From the IMG/VR virus record IMGVR_UViG_3300042865_000182, positions 32,001 to 96,000 of that record: a DNA stretch of 64,000 nt; one strand, given 5' to 3'. The translations under genes and the position numbers were made by a program. Positions 42,501 to 49,800 of this stretch are shown piece after piece. Positions within the stretch are counted from its first letter, which is position 1. Each line of letters opens with the position of its first letter. The notes below the pieces were generated by a model, which saw nothing but the letters and a program-made list of their open reading frames with translations, was not told the origin of the DNA and searched no databases. This stretch comes from a virus.

Positions 42501-43837
42501 AGTCTATTCTTGGGACATTTTATGATAATGAAATTATAACACAGTTGATAGAACCATTATTCCCACTAAAGAATAATCCAACTGTAACTAAAGCTATCAT
42601 AACATTATTAACTAAGAAAGCTTCAGAAGTAAAAAATATATTTGGTTATGGGGATGACGGTAAAAGAATGTTTATTAGTCAATATAAAAATGGATTAGTA
42701 AATTATCTTTTCCAGAATGCCATGTATAATTATACTAGGTCTGATAATAATTTATTAGATATTCCATCAGAGCTTATTGATAAATACTTTACTGGTGATG
42801 TCTTCTTCCAAAACTTAGATTACTCTTTTGCTGATGATATTCTTACTCTTATAGAACAGAACCCAAGCTTAAAAGAAAAATATAATATACTGTATCAATT
42901 AGCTAAACCAGAATTAAAAGAGGGTCAACAGATACTTACATTGAATGACAATAAGCTTTTAAAGAGTGGTGCATTGGCTGAAAGCTATTATACTAACTTG
43001 AAAGAACTTGCGGATCCCAATGTTAAAAAATCATCTGATCCAGAAAAGAATCTTTACATAAGCAATATGTTCAAGCTGCTTCCATTGATGGCAATATATC
43101 AGAATGGAGTAGGCTTTAGTAAGTATGGGTTTAATGAAGCATTACCATTTGATGACTTCTTAGCTATAATGCAACCAGTCTCTGCAGACTTTATAGATAA
43201 CAAGAATAAAAACACTGAGTTATTAAATGTATTCAATGGTATAAAAGAACCTAAGAATAGATTCTTCAGAAACTTTGTACAAATAAGACCAGAAGATGTA
43301 GTGATAAGAACTGAAGCTCCAATACAAACTCCAGGAAAAACAATAACTTATACACCAAAAGGACAGAAAACTCAGACTTATACAATCAGAGGAAATCAAA
43401 TCTTTAATAGTGCTGAGTTAGAAGTATTTAAAGGAGATAGTGTAGATAGAAACAAAATCTTTGCAAATCTTGCAGTATCTGAAGGCCGAGCAGTTGTTGT
43501 AGAGCACAACGGATCTAAATATGTGGTGAACAATAGAAATCAAATTATATCTGGAGACACTGGTAAAATGATGCAATGGCCAGAAAACAATGGTGATAGA
43601 GTTGCAATACTTAAAAAAGCTGAAGCTAAATTTAAACCAACTGAATTAGATGTTACAAGTGATACTGTTAAAGAAGCAGAAGAAACACCAACACCTGCTG
43701 CATCTAACATAAATGCAAGAACTTTTGTATTAAATAGTACAGAATTCCAGTCTTGGATTAAGGGTGAATTATCAAAAAACCCTAACTTAGATGTCAATAA
43801 AGCATTAGATTATTATATTAAATGTAAAGGGTTATGA
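33590..43837 (+). CDS. Virion-packaged single-chain RNA polymerase (crAss/phi14:2-type) with an N-proximal zincin domain
   Basis: 3415 aa; 'RIPVQG...SGADFDVDKL' catalytic DFDxD at 41186-41200; 'DGQGWIT', 'TQLRKLI'; HEAWH at 36755-36769. Confidence 0.85.
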   Translation: MKITCALSQSQSEKLYKTIYKSLTEALKAEKPFSAQEYMANLFDKIADKKDEDTAVKFLQQVPSIIRTIAAKPAFDSLDIKLDPIKELSLKFKDETEGFNEVQKYFKPQVSQRAKLALIRANQNNALLAEQVDPPTEVKDPVRLRPFSSNVSTMQLLIPINPKDKDKLLKEENDPAKKRIFSAIETIKKEAVLSDSTDVLSPISFQGKTLKLKPILLTELRETHENQIDKTTLSEVIRAGAIKSQGTNKEGVEGLNRIALVITDESGNYLYFNEEGEMVTEEEGGGIVYQFMRDVRTDNGVYRLTNMYGSETSVKTPADIAEQMGITEEAARKLQQEEFKDLYKVKEATLKGNGPLLYLTGLTPGVKQSATQKNITLQNLRSLPFVTNATFKTITPKMIYGTKEIATITLNGQEYNLDRPNLPIEFANGERQPSQLIRKIAAALANPNISNQEKYEYVSQFLSDKASEYTRRHTLSYDEATDTLVFGYNEKTYKEGSGQKLSFINEELTGKESIIEDVLLNAASDDRGNMYSAKMTYNAKALNDNRYRDYDMETNTISDEFTPYIPFLETLPNSKVKISEENAPEFYNSHINFSIPDEFTKEIEADFKNPDPINVSETPVEPFEDIQAKIAEIETLEKEKQELLKTQKTYKDLLNQKWPISKYLKKPVDGKFDVVSATTTSDFNFKFKEYGKDYFFEIASAGLNAFEYKVISDKISQTTALSNIDEIIKPVTTELNSPKDGDNIVTIKPGVLKKEGNEYIVVTPAEVLYVKSEELNEPVEKVDTTEIDSRIAKAKQELAALEQPVGDKQAQIDEIEKRREKALFTPWVLQKNTTDVVILNKRERGKQIIDAAVKSGNSNLILKLIDLTSEGRSAETISKETGFNEDQVREIREYLGALTPGGFGISGAETENEQEDLERFNAWKQSIKEINAKAKEELDALEQAPVEQKWEWPPITQDDSINNATAPDNTTDPTDDFSDFMFRKGADLNGVTEEQIKAAEEWWNSSPLSKYLDFKTMVNIVNSDVYARFIGYASVLNGKYGGIEISRTGSMVDVYHEAWHAFSQIFLTKEQREKLYKEIAKQPGTFTLLDGTTVAFKDANYLQLEEYLAEDFRSYGIDQSTKKGQPTRNTLFRKILNFIRDLFSSRSTKDRLFKELYFAKSNPKFLKKYSPNIDTTSFKQLNRGVVSLTDPTIDALNRQDAELISNSIDSYISEIIDAAANARGNKSGSISMLLGDKNKQAFYTRVRKDFETKLANARTSYEAIQNDPEKAMDAAKLLNKIRIFQAALDNFGDAKGGLVKYHLENTTFNLLRQKYIEVEEEVETETPVENNVEDSISQTSTPEESQPESVIKDSKIGKKSLLDLASKETVYILKSLHKLENGKPVYNELGYKELANFTQSWNNLMRAVNGEKNPEKIYENIKQAGLEVYPEFKQLLNSKLPKPSEIIKADNVNDKISQNKLLTNFWQDVQKTRVTYLQTTIFENGIAEVTKASIETASLANKFEAKFKGDLTNDYVVRSTENNIPMLNMDKIVEDFGKDGVLITDKSFQFARAIGLYLDDLRMIKNELKKDQRSIQEYGLPYIYKTISDINKASKKQNLSSEGIEAITAFRLNPIRELMKGIPESVLGKEVSQKNKIDKILGLQAKYGVDSSNFAVLNAERNLVFEHIEDHSVSMIVFALNKATNMKELWTEGSEFEYLSYLNPKINSFTNRSQTINSLFDIASDMEKRVGRSLQLFVNSGTQLENGDGTNTTSLDAHGKFLQELHSMLKGGVQEFMRHASKSSSFGARVEGGVIGGVGKGSDTRLWVDLDKFALGTANNYLTKTHMIPYIAAELERINKFKSNKDLFKKYAGYNRPMPDGTMAGENFTAFDNVLTKETKDEILEKVTDPNMRLEDYLKTDPELAKKIANDVDAYFEFQTNDLLDFYEEAEYMSPDLLERLRLFNLSEDEATKVLMKAYAVNAWVHNFEMGNLFYGDLVQYNHEKEELHKRNTGSTSGGLKFRTDAAIKALLTDINSKVSYAATLPGMETLTYTGKFNTAILQDIERNSVYVKQIEEALRKDYEERFANSKMPKDKIQAEIDRRVQKEVAKYKGMEEGDGQGWITFDAYRSLKMASGQWSDVQEELFKKVINNEPVKASDIVEMFPAYKLQNYGHLADTALPVMAMHKFALAPMIPTMIKGSDLENLHMQMMKNNIQYVTFQTGSKVGSVTSEVNSKGKAVADKIYADEGQKSLLSSIKFTPNTIYLEYLKDVTQVPTSFKGKTVFATQLRKLILSNLYDRGILDKHSGLVKDYENTVDEYGNLLKMELLNDIGYEYKDGKYIGNFTEFLKVIQAELNRRDLPEHHVEFVNANPDNSLKTDLSLHLKSDDIEKILVALMEKRLVRQKIKGEALVQVSSAMTNGLWDNQVKFDKANEDEVRKFMGSNNLPFYNPTADGTSAMKVAIALQGDFVNLLNAKHNDGEPIGTRERLNEMIKDDKWMAENGKSVSLSAVRIPVQGLNSMEYMQVWEFLDPAAGNIIIPPSEIVAKSGADFDVDKLTTFMPAISKDGKFIESELDNEAIKRLISDNKETPEGKAMISRVISQQKAALENKLITSINNILRLPENYAALVRPNDTYLLKDDVADVLEDKVTDYNRFNNYHGEPQRPGAKAKRSISPTRTLEPLYNLHKHDANMIGKAVLGLVAIYNALHPIYNSLDAKMPKQYLDTYYDKGLGKYVEGKNPISSRMFMPHNKTAEGNISLSDIYTADGVDLISDLYSQLINGAVDVEKDAWIFFIQGNMELAPMLLTMFKAGVPREYAIKFLSQPMIREYAKELRLLGGSYADLVADPLEDTKTGKNKRAAISVLERFGVINAPSYLKSDLKTHMALSALTKKSGVLNEEGQFDVALLDKMLEEDVSTDTYKNQQLAVFLHFLEMQNQFSGFQDLLRLSNPDTTTSKTTQEILLRKTLLNDIMKNSKVDPSLVSKLTNESILGTFYDNEIITQLIEPLFPLKNNPTVTKAIITLLTKKASEVKNIFGYGDDGKRMFISQYKNGLVNYLFQNAMYNYTRSDNNLLDIPSELIDKYFTGDVFFQNLDYSFADDILTLIEQNPSLKEKYNILYQLAKPELKEGQQILTLNDNKLLKSGALAESYYTNLKELADPNVKKSSDPEKNLYISNMFKLLPLMAIYQNGVGFSKYGFNEALPFDDFLAIMQPVSADFIDNKNKNTELLNVFNGIKEPKNRFFRNFVQIRPEDVVIRTEAPIQTPGKTITYTPKGQKTQTYTIRGNQIFNSAELEVFKGDSVDRNKIFANLAVSEGRAVVVEHNGSKYVVNNRNQIISGDTGKMMQWPENNGDRVAILKKAEAKFKPTELDVTSDTVKEAEETPTPAASNINARTFVLNSTEFQSWIKGELSKNPNLDVNKALDYYIKCKGL
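35962..36418 (+). repeat. Imperfect 37-nt direct repeat at cassette ends (35962-35998 and 36382-36418); 18-nt core also at 31419-31436
   Basis: tgctaaagctaaacaagaactagctgctttagaacaa vs tgctaaagctaaagaagaactagatgctttagagcaa (34/37); agaactagatgctttaga exact at 31419 and 36397. Confidence 0.8.
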
Positions 43838-46800
43838 GTAAGTGTTTAAATGTACGTGACAGAAATGTTGCTAGGCTTATTAAAGATTTTGGTGAAACTA
43901 CAGTGTCTCAATTAGTTGAGTCATATTTTGGTGATGAAGTCCCAACTTATGATGAGTTTATAGCAAACAAAGATGTTAAAGAACAGCTTAATATAATTCC
44001 TATATCTAAAGTAAAAAATGAAATTGGAACTAGTTTCTCAAAACAATTAAGCACTGACAGAATAATACAACTAAAACAAGCTATCTCAAAGGCTAACAAT
44101 AAAAATTACAAAGCGGGTAATCCTGAAGTGTATATGCTTGTTAATTACCAAAGAGTTGGTGAAGCAGATTTATATACATGGGGTCTTAGAAAAGTTGCGG
44201 GAACTCTTGATGTGGAAGCTAAGATAGAAAGAGCTAAAGCAATGGTAAGAGAAAGCATTACTCCTGTTAGTGATCTAGAGAAAATGATAGAAAATGATCA
44301 GCATTTTCTACCGGAAGAAGACTTTGAAATAGGTGATGAGCAATTAGAGAATGAGAGACAAGCATTAGAGATATTAAAACAAGATGCTGAAAGAGCTGGG
44401 CTTGACTATGATGACAGATATCTTTATGAAGAAAGAGATGAGATGGTTACACCTCAACCTGTTTCCGGAATCTTTGACAGACTAAAAGACAAGTTACAAC
44501 AACTTTACCCTGCTATTACACTTGATATAAGTAACAACCCAGTATGGGAAAAAGGAACACAGATATTAAACCAGCAAGAGTATAATAATGAAGTTGCTTT
44601 TAGAATTAAAACTGTAGACTTACTTACCTCAAGAAAAGCTGATGAAGTATTTGCAAAAGGTCTTAAGAATAAATGGCCTTTGGATAAAATGCTTACTGAG
44701 CTTCAGGTACCTAAACAACAGAAACAACTTATAGATAGTGTACTAAAAGACATGCCTTACTTTGAAGGTATACCTTTTAATGCTCAAATAGCTTATGCTA
44801 TTGCTGATACTTATACTTATACTCTTGAGATTAATACTGCTACAGAAGATAAAAGACAATGGGGAGATTATTTTGATAATGATCAACCTTTTGATAATGA
44901 AAGGTTTATTTTAAATGATTCAAGATACTCAGTTAATTATGATGAAAATACTTTTTATGGTTATTTAAAAGATGGTTTAGAAATTACTAAAGAAGAATTT
45001 GATAATGCTCAAAAAGAAGCATTTGTAAAATATAAAGCTAATGAAAACACAATTAGACCAACTTCATATTATGATAACCTAACAGTTCCTGGTGGTACTA
45101 ACTATACAGAGAATGAAATAGCAACACCTGGTATAACCCCAAACATTAAAGGACATGCTCAGTTTGCTACAAAAAATGGTATAGGTTGGTTTAGAAGTGA
45201 TAATAAAGTAGATGGAACTTCTTTAGGACTAACATCTGCTCAATTAGCTAATATGCCAGAAGAAGACATTGCTAAGTTTACTGATAATACTAAAACCCGC
45301 AGAATACTAGAAGTACAATCTGATTTATTCCAGAAAGGTAGAGATAGAGAAGATTTAACTAATCAAGAATTTCCAGATGATAATGACTATGAATATGCTT
45401 ATGCAGAAAGTTTTGAGGAAGCAGAAGAACTTGAAGCAGAAGGTTGGGAAAAATTTGGGTCTACAGAAGATGGTGGTATACAATATATAAGACTTAAATC
45501 AGATGCTGTTTTAAAAAATAAAAAAGAAAGACAAACCTCATCAAATCAATTTCTACAACTCTTAAACAAAGACAACAACTGGGTAAACTTCTTTGTTAAA
45601 TCTATCATACAAGATAGTGCTAAGAAAGGTTATGAGAAAGTATTGTTTCCTAAAGGTGATACAGCTAGTAAAGTTGAAGGGCATGAAACTTTAGAAAATT
45701 ATAAGAGAGAAAAGCTAAAAAGGATTGAATTTTTAGAAGATAATAAAGAAATATTAAGTAATACTAAACCTTACAAGATAGGAGATTATTTTGATAGAGA
45801 TGTTGAAAATTTACCAGAAAATGAAAGAGTTAACTATAATAAAGTAGAAACTCAAGAAGAAGTAGATTTACTAAATGAAGAACTATCTACAGAAGGTATA
45901 GATAATGAAATTAATCAACTTAAAAAAGAACTTGCAGATATTGAAGGTCCTCAAGGATTTGGTGCTTTAAGACCTATCTATAACTTTTATGAAAATACTG
46001 TATCTAATGTTCTTAAAAAACAAGGTTATACTCCGGAAGTAATTACTGATGAGTATGGTAATCAGTGGAATCAAGTTACTGTAAATCAAGTAAGAGACTT
46101 ACAAAATATATTACTCCAAAGAAATGAGGCTGACAGAATTATAGGACAAGCTAATATAAAAGCTATGTCTGTACTTCTTGATGCAGTAAATCAAAAAGAA
46201 GATACACTTCCTCATGAATATGCTCATCACTATATTGCATGGTTTAGAAATACTCCATTAGTGCAAGAAGCTATAAGCAAATGGGGTAGTGAGGAAGCTT
46301 TAGTACAATCTATTGGAGAACAAGCTGTTGCTCAAAAAGGTGAAGCTTGGGGCTGGTGGAAAAAGTTTACAGAATGGGTAATGAGTTTATTTGATAACTT
46401 ATCTACCAAAGATAAACAAGAACTAACTAATATACTTACTGATGCATTCTTACAGGGTGTAGATTTACAGACCGGTAAAATTGGTATATCTGCAGAAAGA
46501 AGCCGTGAGCTAGCTGCACAAGCATCTGGTATTTTTAATCAGACCATAGAAGGTTCATTTGATGAACAGATACAAAATATACCAGGAGAATATAGCCAGC
46601 AAGCTATAGATACTGAGTTAGATAGAAGAATTGAGTCTCAGAGACAAATGGATACAGAAGAAGCTTCTGTTGATGATACCTTGAACCAACTTGATCCAGA
46701 TAATCAAAAAACAATTTTAACAGCTACAGCATTTGCTGAAAAATTAGCTGATGCAATTGGAGCAGATTATAAATTTGTATCTGAAGCAGAGGCTGAAGCT

Positions 46801-49800
46801 ATTCTTGCTAATTCACCAACACCATATGGCGGTCAATCTGGATTTTATCATGCTAATACAGTTTACTTAGTAAAAGGTAGATTGTCTTTGGATACTGTAC
46901 TTCATGAGTTTGCACATCCATTAGTTAAAGGCATACTAAAAGATAACCCTAAGTTATTTAATAACTTATATGCCGCACTTGCAAGTACACCAGAAGGTCA
47001 AGACATAATTGAAAGAGTAAGACAAGAGTATCCAAATCTTGAAGAGGGTAGTGATAGATTTAAAGAAGAAGCTATAGTAACTTCATTAGAGATAAAAGCT
47101 GCTTCTAAAGTAAATGACAATTCTCCATTTGGTAAATTCATTAAAAACTTAATGTTTGCTATTAAAAAAGTACTGAGAAACATGTTCAGTACTAAGAATG
47201 GTAATGCTATAAACTTAAATAAGTTAAGTGAGAAAACTACACTTAACCAGTTAGCTGAGATGTTAGCTAATCCAGAGTTTAAGGTTATGAATATGGAGCT
47301 TATACCTTCAGACATTGCAGAATTTAAAAATGAAATTACTGCAAAAATTGAAGAGCTTAAGAATGTCCCTAAAGATAAACTACAGGAAACAATAGATAGA
47401 ATATATACAGATACATTAAACCAGCTTAATACACTTAAGCAAGCTCCATTTAAAGTAAAGCAAGAGTTACTTAGTGCAAAAGGTACTAAGATATTAGCTT
47501 ACATCAGAGAGGAGTTGGAAAAATATCAAACTGTAAATGTAAGACCTCAGGATGTAGATCCTGAAAATGTAATCAATGCTATTGCTGACTATGAGACAGA
47601 AATGAGATTAAGATCATTAGCTCTCATCAATTCACTCAATGAACTTAAAGTATTTACAGATAGTATTAAAAACATACTTGATGATCTTAAGAATTCTAAA
47701 GACAAGAATACCAATGCTAATATATCTAAAGTAGTATATTACAAAGGATTCTTAAAGAGTCAATTGAGAATGCTTGAGGATTTAAAAGATATACCTGATC
47801 TAGATAGAGATGGGGAATTTTTTAGAAAGATAAATTCTATTGGTGACAGTATCCGGGATGCTGAGAAAAAAATCTATGATATAGAATTTAATTTTATCAG
47901 TGAGTTTTTTAATAATGAAACAGACTTAATGGCTAGTGCTGTTGAAAATACTTTTAGAGATAGAGTTACTTTACTATTAAAGGCTGAAGGGATTGAGGAG
48001 TCAGAGATTGAAAAGTTTATTGAAAAAGTAGTTAATAATCCTGATGGTACAGAAATGACTGTTAAAGACATTGAGTTACCAATATCTTCTAGAAGAGCTA
48101 AATATATTGTAGATGCTGCTAAAGAGTATTATTTTAAAAGACTTGGTAGACAACAGATTGAAGAATATCTGAGAGGAGAAAGAGGAGATTTAGGATTTTT
48201 CACTGCTTGGATAACACCATATTCAAACATGGATGATCCTATCACAGGTGGATTTGTAAAGTTCATTAAAGAAAAAATGAATGATGCAATGATGAGAAGT
48301 CAGAACCAAGCTAATGATATAACTTTAAAACTATTACCATTACTTAATGCTGTTGGATATAATCCAGCTAGAACTAATCAATTAGGAGACATGTTGTTGT
48401 TTACTGATAAAGTAGGTTTTACAAATAATAATGGTGTTTATGAAGAGAAAGATGTGCTTACTTTTATAAACAAGTTCAAAAATTATAGGGCTGATAGGGC
48501 AAGATTACAGAATGATTTTGATTTAGCTAAGTCTAAAAAAGATCAAGTTAAAATGAAAGAAGCTTATGATGCACTTGAAGCTTTTGATGAGAAATACATG
48601 CATAGAAAGTTCACTAAGGAATACTATGATATACAAAAGATTTGGAAAACAGGAGCTGTTGTAAAAAATCCATTTACCGGGGAAGAAGTAACTGTAGGTG
48701 CAAAAGTGGCATTTGATTCTTTCTTAGAAAGACAGGAGTTATTAAATAAAATGAATACTCTTAAGAATGTTCACTTCTTAGAACTTGAAGACTTGTATGA
48801 GCTTGGGGATTCAGAAGAACAAACAAAGCTTGAGTACAATAGATTGTTTGATATTTATAATCTAGATGGTAAACCAAAAACTGGTGAAGAGCTTGAAAGA
48901 GTTTTGCTTAGAAAAAAACACAGAGAGTTATCAAGAAACATGTATGACTACTCTCCGGATACAGACAGGTTGCAAAAAGACTTAGATAACTTTCATCAAA
49001 AACTTTTAGCTAGAAATATCAACCCTGAAGATGCTCCAGCTGAAGGAGAAACAATGAATAAGTATCAGAAAGAGATGGATAGATTCTTTAGAAAGAATTT
49101 AAAAACAGCATATACTTCTGATTACTATAAATCTAGACAACAAATCTTTGAGGATATAAGAAAGATAACTGAGAAAGCTGGAGTAAAATCTAAAGTAGCA
49201 TTAGAGTTATCTGAATTATATAAAGAGAGATATAGACTTGCAAATTCTACTGCAGATGCTAATGGGCAGCCAAATGGGCTAAACTTTACAGCAAATCAAA
49301 TTGATTTACTTAGAGATATAGAAAATAAGATAGTTGCATTAGAGGAAAGCTATAACAAAAAAACAGGTCTGACAAAAGAGGAGACAGCAAGACTGCAATC
49401 TTATATGAATAAGGTTGCTATAAAGGTTGCATTAACACCAGAAGAGAACCAAGACTTCATGACTCTGTATAAAACCAAAAATGAAATGGGTCTTACAGAG
49501 CTTGAGATGCAAACACTAAATAGTAAATTTGCTGAGTTAGCTGCATTGAGTGTTAAAGAACCTACTGACTATTATATTGAAGCATTTAATTATGCATTAA
49601 GAAATACTGGTCTTCCTGAGATTACAGTAGAAAATGCAGATACTTGGATTAATTCTGATTACTTAACCCAGGCATTAGCAAAAGATAAAGACTTTGCTCA
49701 ATGGTACACAAGAAATCATGTTGAAAAACAGATTTATGTGAAAGGTGAAGGTATGGCTAATAAAAACTTTAGACTGAATGTTTGGACAATAACCAAACCA

